A DNA stretch of 64,000 nt from an uncultured delta proteobacterium (GCA_963806225.1 CAWDXG010000004.1:3136001-3200000), one strand, 5' to 3'. Shown: positions 8,853 to 20,069, numbered from the stretch's first letter. Program-made: numbers and translations. Notes: generated by a model not told the origin, from the sequence alone.

Positions 8853-9815
8853 ATGCCGCTCAGGGACTCTCCGCTGCCCGCCGCTGCGGGGCACTGGTGG
8901 ACGGTCCGGCCGCTCATCGCGCATGCGCTCGATCGGCGGCCGGCGCCTGCCGCCACGACGTGGTCGACAACGCTCGATGACGAGCGCCTCGGAACGGTGA
9001 CGCTGCGCGGGCTGCGGGACCACGGCAGAAGCCGCACCCTCGTCCTGGTGGTGCACGGTCTCGGCGGCAACGCGGAAAGCCACTACGCGATCGACGCCGC
9101 GCGGGCCGTTGCGACGGCGGGCTTCGACAGCTTGCGGCTCAATCTGCGGGGCGCGGGGCTCGACGGGGAGGATTTCTACCACGCCGGGCTGTCCTCCGAT
9201 CTGCACGCCGTGCTCGCGAGCCGGGAGCTGTCGGACTACGAGCGCGTGCTCGTGCTGGGCTTCTCGCTGGGAGGGCACGTTGCGCTGCGCTACGCGACGG
9301 AACGCGTCGACCCGCGCGTACGGGCGGTGGCCGCCGTCTGCTCGCCGCTCGACCTCGAGCGCTCGGCCGAGGCGATCGATCGACCGGAACGCTGGCCCTA
9401 CCGCCGGCACGTGCTCTCTGGGCTGAAGCAGAGCTACGCCGCGATCGCCCGCCGGCGCCCTGTTCCGGTTCCGCTCGAAAGCGCGCAGCGCGTCCGCCGC
9501 ATCATGGAGTGGGACGAGCTCGTGGTCGCGCCGCGCCACGGCTTCTCGAGCGCACGCCACTACTATCGCGAAGCGAGCGTCGCGCCGCTGCTCGGACGGC
9601 TCGCCTTGCCCTCGCTGCTCGTCGTTTCGCGGCACGATCCGATGGTGCTCGAGCGCACGCTGCGCCCCGCGCTGGAACGTATCCCGGACACGCTCGAGGT
9701 GCGCTGGCTGGAGCGCGGGGGGCACGTCGGCTTCCCGGGCGACTTCGACCTGGGCGAGGCCGCGCCGCCAGGCATGGAACACCAGGTCGTGGCATGGCTC
9801 GCGCGGCAGCGATGA
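8853..9815 (+). CDS. YheT-family alpha/beta hydrolase
   Basis: GHWWT, VVHGLGG, NLRG, YHAG, GFSLGG nucleophile elbow, DP, GGHVGF. Confidence 0.88.
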   Translation: MPLRDSPLPAAAGHWWTVRPLIAHALDRRPAPAATTWSTTLDDERLGTVTLRGLRDHGRSRTLVLVVHGLGGNAESHYAIDAARAVATAGFDSLRLNLRGAGLDGEDFYHAGLSSDLHAVLASRELSDYERVLVLGFSLGGHVALRYATERVDPRVRAVAAVCSPLDLERSAEAIDRPERWPYRRHVLSGLKQSYAAIARRRPVPVPLESAQRVRRIMEWDELVVAPRHGFSSARHYYREASVAPLLGRLALPSLLVVSRHDPMVLERTLRPALERIPDTLEVRWLERGGHVGFPGDFDLGEAAPPGMEHQVVAWLARQR

Positions 9816-9831
9816 TAGCGTCCGACGCGCG

Positions 9832-10989
9832 TCAGGCAGCCTTGCTGCCGCCCCCGGAGTCGACTTCCGCGCGGATGCGCGGCAGCGCGTCGGGGTAGTT
9901 CTCGCGCACGAAGGCGATCAGCTTCTCCCGCACCTCGCAGCGCAGATTCCAGGCGTCGCCGGAGTTCTTCGCGCTCATCAGCGGCCGCACCGTCATCGTC
10001 TTGTCGGTGGAGTCGGTCACCTGGACGCCCCAGGTTTCCCCGTCCCAGTAGTCGGAGGCGTCGAGGATGCGCTTGAACTCCTCGCGGAGCGCCTCCACCG
10101 GCACGCTGTAGTCGAGATACAGGTTTACCGTGCCGAGGATATCGGCCGACACCCGGGTCCAGTTCTGGAACGGTTTTTCGATGAAGTAGTGGATCGGGAC
10201 GATGAGCCGGCGCATGTCCCAGATGCGGACCACGACGTAGGTCAGCGTGATCTCCTCGATCGTCCCCCACTCGCCTTCGACGATCACCACGTCCTCGACG
10301 CGGATGGGCTGGGTCAGCGCGATCTGGATGCCGGCCAGGATCGTGGCCAGGCTCTTCTGCGCAGCGAACCCGAGCACGATGCCCGCCACACCGGCCGAGG
10401 CGAGCAGTCCGGCCCCGAGCTGGCGCACGCGCTCGAACGTCATCAGCACGAAGGCGACGGTGAGCATCCCGACCAGGAAGCCCGCGATGTTCCTGAAGCC
10501 GCGCATCTGTGTGTAGACGGCGCGAGCGTGCAGGTTGTCCTTCGCACTGATGTCGAAACGATGGGTGACCACCTCTTCGACGACGCGCACGCCCTTGATC
10601 GCTATCCAACCGAAGCCGAGGATCAGCAGGATCAGCAGCGTGTGCTTCAAGAAGCCCATCGGCCCGCTGGGCAGCGTGAGCAGCGGCAGCACGAGGTTCA
10701 GCGCGACGAGCGGCCCCATCCAGCGCAGCGGTCGATGCACGTGCTTGGCGATCGCGTCATCGACGATGGTGTCGGTGCGCTCCGACCAGCGGGCGAGCGC
10801 GCGCACGACGAGGCCCGACACCAGGCGACCCACGATCAACGCGACCGCGATCGCGCCGAGCGACCAGAACAGGTCGCGCCAGCCGTAGTCGGCGAAGTCG
10901 CGCACAATCTGTTCAATCTGCCGCGGCAGCAGGCGCGCCAGGTCAGCCCCCGAAGCTGCCAGCGCCGCTATGCTGGTGGAAGACAACAT
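9832..10989 (-). CDS. small-conductance mechanosensitive channel MscS family
   Basis: LLASAGVAGIVLGFAAQKSLATILAGIQI, G.IEEITLTY, FQNW; SD GGAGG before ATG 10989. Confidence 0.9.
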   Translation of the reverse strand: MLSSTSIAALAASGADLARLLPRQIEQIVRDFADYGWRDLFWSLGAIAVALIVGRLVSGLVVRALARWSERTDTIVDDAIAKHVHRPLRWMGPLVALNLVLPLLTLPSGPMGFLKHTLLILLILGFGWIAIKGVRVVEEVVTHRFDISAKDNLHARAVYTQMRGFRNIAGFLVGMLTVAFVLMTFERVRQLGAGLLASAGVAGIVLGFAAQKSLATILAGIQIALTQPIRVEDVVIVEGEWGTIEEITLTYVVVRIWDMRRLIVPIHYFIEKPFQNWTRVSADILGTVNLYLDYSVPVEALREEFKRILDASDYWDGETWGVQVTDSTDKTMTVRPLMSAKNSGDAWNLRCEVREKLIAFVRENYPDALPRIRAEVDSGGGSKAA

Positions 10990-11111
10990 CAGGATTCCTC
11001 CAGGTTGGTGGCGTGCCCGACCATAGACCTGGTTTTGCCGGCTCGTCACCACGAAGCACGGACGGCAGCTTGCCAGCGGGCACCCCGGCGCCTACCTTGC
11101 CGCGGCTGAGC

Positions 11112-13166
11112 ATGAAAAGCAGCCTGCAGCGAAGCCAGGAGCGCGAGGATCGTGGCATCCGGCTCGTGCCCGCCGGGCTCAAGCTCGGCTCGGAGCTGGT
11201 CCCGCTCTTCGTCGGCAGCGTCCACTACTGGCGACTGGCGCCCACCGCGTGGCGGCCCGCGCTGGAAGCCGCGCGCAGCCTCGGGCTCAAGCTCATCGAC
11301 ACGTACATCCCGTGGGGGGTGCACGAGACCGCGCCGGGCGAGTTCGATCTCGGTCAGCACAATCCGCGGCTCGACGTGGTGCGCTTCCTGAAGCTCTGCG
11401 CCGAGCTCGGCTTCTACTGCATCGTGCGCCCTGGCCCGCACATCAACGCGGAGCTGACCTGGTTCGGTCTTCCCGAGCGGGTCATCTGGAATCCGGAGTG
11501 CCAGGCTCGTTCGGCCGGAGGCAAGCCGGTGGTGCTGCCTGCGCCGCCGCTGGCCTTTCCCGTTCCGAGCTATGCCAGCGAGGTCTTCCTCGCCGAAGTT
11601 GCGCAGTGGTTCGGAGCGATCGGCGCGGCGCTGTCACCCCTGCGCTTTCCCGACGGACCGATCGTGATGTGCCAGGTCGACAACGAGGGCGCCATGTACT
11701 TCCGCGACGGCGTCTACGACCAGGACTACCACCCCGACGCCGTCGCGCGATTCCGACGCTTCCTGCAGCAGAAGTACGGGCAGGTGGGCCGGCTAAGAGC
11801 CGCCCACATGAATCCGACGCTCAACTTCGCGAGCATCGATCCGCCGCGGCGGATGTCGGCCGCGACGGCCATGGAGCTCGGCCCGCATCTCGACTGGGCG
11901 GCGTTCCAGGAGCAGCTGCTCGCCGATTCGTTCAGCCGCATGGCTGATCTTCTCGCCGAGAGCGGCCTTTCCGGGATCCCGACTTCGCACAACCTGCCGC
12001 TCAGCGAGGGAGCGACGCCTCTCGACCCGGAAAGGGTGGGGCGCGCTGTCGACCTGATCGGCCTCGACTACTACCACGGCGCCACGCCTCCGCAGCGTTC
12101 CGAGATCGCGCGACGCACCTCGGAGCTTGCGACGCGCTCGGAAGTGCGCGGGCATGCGCCTTTCGCCTGCGAGCTCGGCGCCGGCTTCCCGCCGTTCTTC
12201 CCGCCGCTCCGCGAGGAGGACAACGCCTTCACGCTGCTTACCGCGCTGGCCTACGGCCTGAAGGGCTTCAACGCCTACATGATCGTGGAGCGGGACCGAT
12301 GGATCGGCTCACCCATCGATCCGCGGGGCAGGCGCCGGCCCTGGGCGGACTTCTGGGAACGGCTCATCAGCGCGCTCGAGCGAACGCGCTTCGCCGAACT
12401 GACGCGCGACACGCCGGTGCGCATCGTGGTACCGCGCAGCTACCGGCGGCTTGCGCGCGTATGCCACGCATTCGGCCCGCTCAGCGCCGCGCTGTTCCAG
12501 GTCGCGGGCGGCGGCGCACGGGAAGGGTGCCTGGAGGACGATTTCGGACTGGGCGCGCCGGTGGTCATCGAGGCCGAGCGGTTCGTTCGCGAGCTCGAAC
12601 GCGCACTGGACGCCCGGCGGGTCCCGTACGCATTCGCGGGCGGCGACTTGATCGAGGAGACGCTCGCGGGCGCGCGTTGGACGGTCGTGCTCGGGAGCGG
12701 AGCGCTGGAGGCGCCGATCCTGGCGAGCATCCAGTCGGCGCTCGAGCGCGGCAGCGCGGTCACGCTCGGCCCGCGCCTGCCCGAGCGGGACGAGAACATG
12801 CAGCCGCGTTCCCCCGTCCCGGAGCTTCCAGCCCGGCACGCCGGAATCCCGGTGCTTCTGGAGCTCGACCGCACAGCGATTGCCGGCGCGGTCGATTCGG
12901 CGATCGAACGGCTCGATCTGCCGGTACTGGCGGCCGAGCCGGCCGAGGTCCACGTTACCCTGCATCGCGATGCCGACGGAGCCCCCCAGCTATTGTTCGT
13001 CATCAACCCGACCGAGAGCGATCTGGAAGCAGACGTGACCGCGGCGGGTGCCGAGCTGGCGGTGGATGCACTCGATGGCCAACGCATCCGCGCCCGCTCG
13101 GGTCGGCTTTCACTGCGCGTCCGTCGACGCTCCGTACGTATGCTGGAGCTTCGCGAGTATTCGTAG
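11112..13166 (+). CDS. beta-galactosidase-like glycoside hydrolase (GH35/GH42 clan GH-A)
   Basis: GSVHYWR, DTYIPWGVHE, RPGPHINAE, QVDNE (acid/base) and ACELGAG (nucleophile). Confidence 0.85.
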   Translation: MKSSLQRSQEREDRGIRLVPAGLKLGSELVPLFVGSVHYWRLAPTAWRPALEAARSLGLKLIDTYIPWGVHETAPGEFDLGQHNPRLDVVRFLKLCAELGFYCIVRPGPHINAELTWFGLPERVIWNPECQARSAGGKPVVLPAPPLAFPVPSYASEVFLAEVAQWFGAIGAALSPLRFPDGPIVMCQVDNEGAMYFRDGVYDQDYHPDAVARFRRFLQQKYGQVGRLRAAHMNPTLNFASIDPPRRMSAATAMELGPHLDWAAFQEQLLADSFSRMADLLAESGLSGIPTSHNLPLSEGATPLDPERVGRAVDLIGLDYYHGATPPQRSEIARRTSELATRSEVRGHAPFACELGAGFPPFFPPLREEDNAFTLLTALAYGLKGFNAYMIVERDRWIGSPIDPRGRRRPWADFWERLISALERTRFAELTRDTPVRIVVPRSYRRLARVCHAFGPLSAALFQVAGGGAREGCLEDDFGLGAPVVIEAERFVRELERALDARRVPYAFAGGDLIEETLAGARWTVVLGSGALEAPILASIQSALERGSAVTLGPRLPERDENMQPRSPVPELPARHAGIPVLLELDRTAIAGAVDSAIERLDLPVLAAEPAEVHVTLHRDADGAPQLLFVINPTESDLEADVTAAGAELAVDALDGQRIRARSGRLSLRVRRRSVRMLELREYS

Positions 13167-13184
13167 TAGAGCGACCAGCCTCGG

Positions 13185-13796
13185 ATGCTGGTCGAAATCA
13201 ACCCGGACAACCCGGAGCCGCGCAAGATCCGCCGGGCGGTAGAGGCGCTCGAGGCGGGCGAGGTCATCGCCTACCCGACCGACACGGTGTACGGGCTCGG
13301 CTGTGATCTGTTCAACAAGAAGGCGGTCGATCGCCTCTACCAGATCAAGGGGCTGGACCGGAGCCACAAGCTGGCCTTTGTCTGCCATGGCATCGCCGAC
13401 GTCTCCCGCTATGCGGTGATGCACGACAGCGTGTTCCACATCCTGAAACAGTACCTGCCGGGTCCCTACTGTTTCATCCTGGACGCGACGCGGGAGGTCC
13501 CGAAGATCGTCCAGTCGCCGCGCAAGACCGTGGGGGTCCGCATTCCGGACCACCCGGTGGCACTGGCGCTGACCGAGGAGCTCGGCCGACCCATCATCTC
13601 GACGACAGCGGCGCGCCACGGCCAGACGCCCCACCCCGACCCCAAGGAAATCGACCTCGAGTTCCGCGGGCTGGGGATGGTACTGGACGCCGGGCCCGGC
13701 GGCACGACGCCCACCAGCGTGGTGGATCTGACCGGCCCCACGCCAAAGGTGGTCCGCGAAGGCGCGGGCGACGTGTCCGCGTTCATCGAGGACTGA
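13185..13796 (+). CDS. Sua5/YciO/YrdC-family protein (YciO-like)
   Basis: INPDNPEPRKI, AYPTDTVYGLGC, LPGPY, RKTVGVRIPD, PTSVVDL, REGAG. Confidence 0.9.
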   Translation: MLVEINPDNPEPRKIRRAVEALEAGEVIAYPTDTVYGLGCDLFNKKAVDRLYQIKGLDRSHKLAFVCHGIADVSRYAVMHDSVFHILKQYLPGPYCFILDATREVPKIVQSPRKTVGVRIPDHPVALALTEELGRPIISTTAARHGQTPHPDPKEIDLEFRGLGMVLDAGPGGTTPTSVVDLTGPTPKVVREGAGDVSAFIED

Positions 13797-13921
13797 CCCC
13801 GGACGATGGCGCCCCAGCTGATATGGCGCATTGATCCGTGAGCCAACCGGCGCTATCAGGGGCGCTGTTCCCCACGTTTCCAGCATGAGGCGCGTCCCCG
13901 CGGCGCGCGCGAGGAGAAGAT

Positions 13922-14227
13922 ATGACCTTCGTCGTCACGGAGAACTGCAAGGCGTGCCGCTTTACCGACTGCGTCGCCGTGTGCCCGGTGGACTGCTTCC
14001 ACGGGGACGACGAGATGCTCTACATCGACCCCGATGAGTGCATCGACTGCGGAGCCTGCGTACCCGAGTGTCCCGTCGAGGCCATCTACGACGAGGCCCA
14101 GCTTCCGGAAGAGATGACGAGCTGGATCCAGGTCAACGCCGAGAAGGCCCCGGACCTGCCGGTGGTCAACGAGAAGACCGACGCGCTGCCCGGCGCCGAG
14201 GAACGCAAGACCAAGCTCGGATTCTAG
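13922..14227 (+). CDS. fdxA: 7Fe/8Fe dicluster ferredoxin (FdxA-type)
   Basis: CKACRFTDCVAVCPVDC and CIDCGACVPECPVEAI; SD GAGGAG. Confidence 0.92.
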   Translation: MTFVVTENCKACRFTDCVAVCPVDCFHGDDEMLYIDPDECIDCGACVPECPVEAIYDEAQLPEEMTSWIQVNAEKAPDLPVVNEKTDALPGAEERKTKLGF

Positions 14228-14254
14228 GTTCGCTGCTCCGGCTCTGGACGCCAC

Positions 14255-14281
14255 GCCCGGCGCAGGCAATGCGCGCCGGGC
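14255..14281. terminator. GC-rich hairpin between convergent genes
   Basis: GCCCGGCGC-N9-GCGCCGGGC, a 9-bp perfect stem; no U-tract. Confidence 0.4.
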
Positions 14282-15388
14282 TCAGTGCCGCTTGGCCTTG
14301 TTCTGGGCCAGGTTGAACGTCACGGTCGTCGCGCTCTGCATGTTGGCGACGGGCTGCTGCGGGTTCTTCACCGGCACGAGGGGCGCTTGCAGCATCTGCG
14401 TGAGCTGCACGCCCGTCGGCAGCGGCACGCCCTTGTCGATATCGACGCTCCCGTTCGACGTGGACGCGAACTGGGCCAGCTTCACCTTGCCGAACTTGGT
14501 TGGAAGCCCCGGCAGATCAACGTCGTCGCTGGCCGCATAGCGCTTGGCATTGACGCTGAGCTTGACGTGATCTCCCTCGATCGACTCCACCTTCACCAGT
14601 CGATAGGACACGACATCGATCCCCGCCACCATGCCGCGCGTCGTCACCATCCACATGGCGCCGACGCCGACCGGCTTGTCGGGTACGGGCACCGTCATCG
14701 CGGAGAACGCCTCGACCAGTGAATCAAGCGCGGTATCGAGGCCGCTGGCTTGCTTGGACAGGTCGAAGGCAAAGTTGTTACCGGCGCCGTCGGGCAGGAT
14801 CGAATAGGTGATGTGGCTGCCCTTGAGCCCCGAGATGCGATCGACGAAGGCGGGCGGCACGTTGGCCCGCTCGGACGAGGAAACCTCCGCGCTCTCGATC
14901 GTGGCGACCGCGTCGACCGGACCGTGCGAGCCGGGCTTTGCGCCCTTCGGTCGCTTGGTCTCGAGCGCCAAGGTCAGGTCCAGGGGCGGCAAAGAGCCGC
15001 CTCCACCACGCAGCGTCAGGGCAAGCTTGGCCTTGCTCTTGTACCCAGCCTTCGGCTGCAGGGGTTCGAGCTGCACGCGGGGTGTCTGACCCTGGTTGCC
15101 GAGGACGACCTTCGGCGCCGTGCCGCGCGGCATGGCCTTGTCCGCGGCGCCGGGCGCGAAGATGCCGTTCTCGGGCGGTGCGCCGGGCTGGTTGCCGGGC
15201 GCGGCGGCAGCCGCGTGACGAGCCGACGCGGCAGCGACCGCCTTGGCCAGGGCCGGGTCGACCGCGGATTTCTCGCTCCCCGCTTCCACCTCGTCGGCGT
15301 TGACGGTCTTCGGTTTGTGCTCGCAACCGGAAAGCGCCGCCGCAGCAAGCATCAAACCGGCGTACAGATTGGTCCGCATCATGTTCAT
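14282..15388 (-). CDS. hypothetical lipoprotein (beta-rich)
   Basis: Signal ending ALSGC; Ala/Pro linker; contains P.KPVGVGAMW motif. Confidence 0.75.
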   Translation of the reverse strand: MNMMRTNLYAGLMLAAAALSGCEHKPKTVNADEVEAGSEKSAVDPALAKAVAAASARHAAAAAPGNQPGAPPENGIFAPGAADKAMPRGTAPKVVLGNQGQTPRVQLEPLQPKAGYKSKAKLALTLRGGGGSLPPLDLTLALETKRPKGAKPGSHGPVDAVATIESAEVSSSERANVPPAFVDRISGLKGSHITYSILPDGAGNNFAFDLSKQASGLDTALDSLVEAFSAMTVPVPDKPVGVGAMWMVTTRGMVAGIDVVSYRLVKVESIEGDHVKLSVNAKRYAASDDVDLPGLPTKFGKVKLAQFASTSNGSVDIDKGVPLPTGVQLTQMLQAPLVPVKNPQQPVANMQSATTVTFNLAQNKAKRH

Positions 15389-15579
15389 CTGTGCCTGGCA
15401 CTGGTTTACTAGAGCGCCGTTTCGGGTCCAAGCTGCCTGGCCGGAACCGGGCGTCGCGTGAACTCGCGGACCAGTAAACAAGGAACGCCGCCCTGCATTC
15501 CCGACACGACGCAATGCGTCGCACGGCCACCCCAGCGAGGGCCGGCTGCTCAGCCGCTCCGCAGCCGAACCAATCGCTG

Positions 15580-18061
15580 TCAGAAGGGCGGCGGCTCGTC
15601 GACCGACCCCGCCTCGGCAGCGACCTGGCGTACAGAACCGGCGTCGACGGGCTGGCCCGCGTCGGCTTCGGGCGGGTTCACCCGGGCGCCGGACCCGGCC
15701 TCCGTCCCGGCGTCCGCCTCGCCGTCCGCTCCCGCATCCGGCGAGGCCATTTCGGTCGGCACGGTTCCGTCGAGGAACTCCTCTTCCACCGCGTCCTGTT
15801 CGCCTTCGTAGGCCAGCTCGCCGGTCGCAGGATCGATGCGTGCCACCACGATGTCACCGGGGCGCGCAAACTCCGTGGGAGGGCGCCCCTTCTCGGCCGC
15901 TTTCATGAACTGCATCCAGCCGGGCAACGCCGTTACCGCGCCCTCCTCGCCCCAGCCGAGCGGATTGGCATCGTCGTAGCCGACCCACACCGAAGTGACG
16001 ATATCGGTCGAGAAACCGACGAACCACGCATCCTTGGCATCGTTGGTCGTGCCGGTCTTGCCGGCCAGCGGGCGGCCCATGCTGCTGGCGCGCCGCGCGG
16101 TCCCCACCTGCACCACGCTCCGCATCAGGCTGGTCGTCAGGTACGCCTCGGCAGCGGACATCACGCGGCGCGGCGGCGGCTCCTTTGGCAGCGCCACGAG
16201 TTTGCCGTCCGGCCCGATGATGCGGGTGATCAGCACCGGCGGCGCATAGGTGCCGCCGCTGGCGAACGAGCGGTAGGCCGCAGCAATCTCGATCGGCTTG
16301 ACCTCGTACGCACCGAGCGCAAGCGAGAACGTCCGGCTGGAGCTTCGATTCGATGCCCAGTGCGTGAGCCCACTGCACCACGTTGGCTGGCCCCACCTGG
16401 CGGAAGATGTACTGCGCCGCGGCGTTGTCGCTCTTCGCGAGCGCCATGCGCACGCTGATGTGCCGCGTTTCTCCCGGCTTTCCATGCCTGGCGGGCAGCT
16501 CGAGCACGGTCGCCGGCGTGAAGCGACGCGAGTGCAGCGCGTAGCTGTACACGAACGGCTTGAACGCCGAGCCAGGTTGCCGGCGGGACTGGGTTGCGCG
16601 ATCCAGCCCTCCCATCAGCGCTTCATAGCTGCCGATCAACGCCCGGACCTGGCGCGTGCGCACGTCGATCGCAACCAGCGCCGACTCCGGGCCGAGCTCG
16701 AGACGCAGCGGCACGGGCGAGCTGTCGTCCGGAGCCGGGTCGGCAAGCAGGCTGACGCGGAGCGACGCGCCTTCCGCGGCGAACTTGCTCGGCGGCAGGT
16801 GCCTCGGATCGTAGCGCTCTTCCTTGTCAAGCTTCACCCGCCCGAGCGTGTCGCCGACCTGGACATCGATGGTGTGATGGTCGTCGTCGAGCGCTTTGAC
16901 AGTGCCGACGTAGATGTGGTTCTTCTTCGGCGTTCCCTGGAAGGGCCGCCCCCACAGCCGGCGCTTTTCCAGGGTGAACGGCGGCTCGAGCTTCTGCCGC
17001 TCGGCGTAGCGCTCCAGGTTGTCGCGGACGGCCTTGCGCGCTTCGGCCTGCAGCGTCGGGTCGATCGTCGTCGTCACCTTGTAGCCGCCGTGGCGGGCGC
17101 GCTTGCCGCCGACCTGTTCCAGGATGCCCTTGACGTAGTCGACGATCTCCGGGGCGAGCTCGGACTCGGCCTCGACCGCGGGAGCCAGGCGCAGCGGTTC
17201 CTTCATCGCCTGCTCGTACAGCTGACGCGTGACGAAACCCTTTTCCAGCATCTGCCCGAGCACGTAGCGGCGACGGGCCATGGCCTTGTCCGGGGCTCGC
17301 CGGGGCGACCAGTGCTCCGGCGACGCGACCAGGCCGGCGAGCAGCGCGCCCTCGGCCAGATCCAGCTCCTTCGCCTTCTTGCCGAAGTAGTAGCGCGCCG
17401 CTTCCTCGATCCCGTAGCGCCCGTGCCCGAGGTAGATGTGGTTCAGGTACAGATTGAAGATCTCGTCCTTGGTGAGATCCTGCTCCATGCGCCGCGCCAG
17501 GATCGTCTCCTTGATCTTGCGGCTGTAGGTGCGTTCGGGATCGAGCAGCAGGTTCTTGACGACCTGCTGCGTGATGGTGCTGCCGCCCTGGGTCGTGTGA
17601 CCGGCACGCAGATTGGCGACCAGCGCGCGCAGCATGCCGAGATAGTTCAGCCCGGCGTGCTCGTAGAAGCTCGCGTCCTCGGCAGCCAAAAAGGCGAGCT
17701 TGACGTGATCCGGAACTTCGCTCAGCGGAATCACCGTGCGCCGCTCGGTGAACAGATTCGCCAGCAGCGTGCCATCGCGCGCCAGGATGCGCGTCACCTG
17801 CGGCGGGTCGTAGCCCTTCTTGAGCTGTTCGACGCTCGGTAGCCCGGCCTCGTAGTGCCGGATGACGAAGAACACCGTCAGCGCGCCCAGCGCCGCCAGC
17901 ACCGCCGTGCCGATACCCGTCCACTTGGCGATGCGCCCGACGCGGCGCCAGAAGCTGGATTTCTCGCTCACGGGATCCGCCGGACCGGACTCGGGGTGCT
18001 GCCCTTCAGGAACGCCCGCTCCCGCGGCAAGATTCCCCTCCGCGTCCTCTCCATCCGCCAT
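15580..18061 (-). CDS. mrcA: class A penicillin-binding protein PBP1A (one apparent frameshift near 16331)
   Basis: TM helix; GT51 motifs AAEDASFYEH, GGSTITQQVVKN, RKIKE, YLNHIYLG; OB-like insert; TP motifs SAFK, SDN and KTGT (the last in ORF 15580-16485). Confidence 0.9.
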
Positions 18062-18096
18062 GTGCGCGGGCAGCGTAGCTCTTTTATGCGTGTTCG

Positions 18097-19198
18097 CTAC
18101 TTGCCGACAACGTGCATCACGAAGACGGCCAGAAGCACGCCGGCCACCAGGCAGGCGGCAGCGACGCCGATGAGCAGCCCAGGACCCGGGCGCCGCGAGC
18201 TGCTGACGCGCAGGGTGGTCGTGCCGCCGGGATTGGGCGGCGGCAGCTCGCGTCTCGGCTCGGGCTGCTTGGGCGAGCTTGGCGCGATCCGCATGGACGC
18301 GGAGGGATAGTCGGCCCCCGGGGTGCCGAACGGCTTGAGCGCCTCGGCGAATTCCGTTGCCGACTGGTAGCGGCCCTCCGGCTTCTTCGCCAGCGCCTTG
18401 GCGAGCACTTCGTCGAGCCCCTCGGGGAACGCGCGATCGGCCACCCGCTCGCTGAGCGGGATGGGCGGCTCGGTGACGTGCTTCTGGATGTACTCCATCG
18501 GCGTCTTCGCCACGAAGGGCAGCTTGCCGGTGAGCGTCTCGTACAGGATAACCGCCAGCGAATAGATGTCGCTGCGCGCGTCGAGCGTCTTGCCCTGTGC
18601 CTGCTCCGGCGACATGAACTCCGGCGTGCCGAACACCATGCCTTCCTGAGTCAGGATGACGGAGCCGGGCCGCATCTGCCGTTCGGTGACCTTGGCCAAC
18701 CCGAAGTCGAGCACCTTCGGGATAGTCCGCGATACCGCCCTGGTGGCTCAGGAAGATGTTCTCGGGCTTCAGATCGCGGTGCACGATCCCCATCTCGTGC
18801 GCTTCCTGCAGCGCGCCGCACACCTGCACCAGGATCGGGATCGCGCGCTCGGCCGACATCGGCCCTTCGCGGCGCACGGTCTGGTTCAGGTTCTTGCCCT
18901 CCAGCATCTCCATCACGATGTAGAGGGAGCCGTCTTCTTCCAGCTCGCCGTACATGAACACCTTGACGGTGTTCGGGTGCGTGAGCTGGCTCATCGCGCG
19001 CGCCTCGCGGCGGAAGCGCGACGTTAGATCCTTGCGTCCAGCGAGCTTGGGATGGAGGATCTTGATCGCCACCATCCGGTTCATCGCCGGCTGGGAGGCC
19101 TTGTAGACCGACCCCATGCCTCCCGTACCGATCTTCTGGATGACCTGGAACTGGCCGTCCAGAATCTCGCGACCGATAAAGGGGTCCTTGGGGCGCAT
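18097..19198 (-). CDS. Hanks-type Ser/Thr protein kinase with C-terminal TM (one apparent frameshift near 18720)
   Basis: GTGGMGSVY, VAIK, HRDLKPEN in the first frame; DFG, GTPEFMSPEQ, SDIYSL in ORF 18097-18714. Confidence 0.92.
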
Positions 19199-19292
19199 CT
19201 CGGCAGACAGATACCAAAACTAGCACGAGGCTACGAGGGCCAGCGCCCTCCAAACCCCCTCCAACCTGATTTAGTCCGAACCCGGAGAAGCC

Positions 19293-20069
19293 GTGGAGAG
19301 CGCTCACTACCAGCAGAGCCCACTGCTCCAGGCCGCCGGATTCCGGCACGCTTTCTTCACGCGGCGGGGCGGTGTCTCGTCCGGAGCCTACGAATCGCTC
19401 AACTTCTCCGTCGCGGTGGGGGATCTGGCAGAGAACGTGCAGGAGAACCTGGCACGGGCCGCCCGCGCGCTCGGCGTCGATCCGGAGCGCGTCTATTTCC
19501 TGTCCCAGGTGCATGGCCGCGAGGTCAAAGTGCTCACGGGGGCCGAGAATCGACAGGAAGTGCTGCACGAGCGGGGAGACGGGGTGATCGGCACCCGCGG
19601 CGATCTAGCCTGTGCCGTGCGCGTGGCCGACTGCGCGCCGATCCTGATCGGTGACAAGGCGAGCGGAGCCGCGGCGGCCGTCCACGCCGGGTGGCGCGGC
19701 ACCGTTGGCGGCGTGGTGGCGGCCGCCGTGGAGCGGCTGCGAGCGGAGCTTGGCGGGCCCGGCGAGCTGGTTGCGGCGATCGGGCCGCACATCTCGCTGG
19801 CCCGCTTCGAGGTCTCCGCGGACGTGGCCGCCGAGCTCCTGGGCGCCTCGCCGGACCCGGACGTGGTCGACCACACGTGCGGCCCGAAACCACACGTGGA
19901 TCTACGGCGCATTCTGCGAGCCCAGCTCGTACAGCTCGGCCTGGCGGACGACGCCATCGACGACGTCGGCGGCTGCACCGTCGGCGACGCCTCCCTCTAT
20001 TTCTCGTACCGGCGGGACGGCAGCCAGAGCGGGCGCCACCTCGCAGCCATCGTGCCACGGGGCTTTTGA
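19293..20069 (+). CDS. pgeF: peptidoglycan editing factor PgeF (YfiH/laccase-domain)
   Basis: FFTRRGGVS, SLN, QVHG, ADCAPIL, HAGWRG, IGPHI, FSYRR. Confidence 0.92.
   Translation: MESAHYQQSPLLQAAGFRHAFFTRRGGVSSGAYESLNFSVAVGDLAENVQENLARAARALGVDPERVYFLSQVHGREVKVLTGAENRQEVLHERGDGVIGTRGDLACAVRVADCAPILIGDKASGAAAAVHAGWRGTVGGVVAAAVERLRAELGGPGELVAAIGPHISLARFEVSADVAAELLGASPDPDVVDHTCGPKPHVDLRRILRAQLVQLGLADDAIDDVGGCTVGDASLYFSYRRDGSQSGRHLAAIVPRGF

Noticed and set aside
13808..13866. Imperfect stem-loop or FNR-like site upstream of the ferredoxin
   Set aside because: The stem needs two bulges and only a TTGAT half-site is present; not distinguishable from chance in GC-rich DNA.
15854..19198. 1114-aa kinase-PBP1A fusion ORF
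   Set aside because: Produced by a one-base insertion near 18720. The kinase C-lobe is in another frame with its own stop at 18097, and the linker is off-frame junk.
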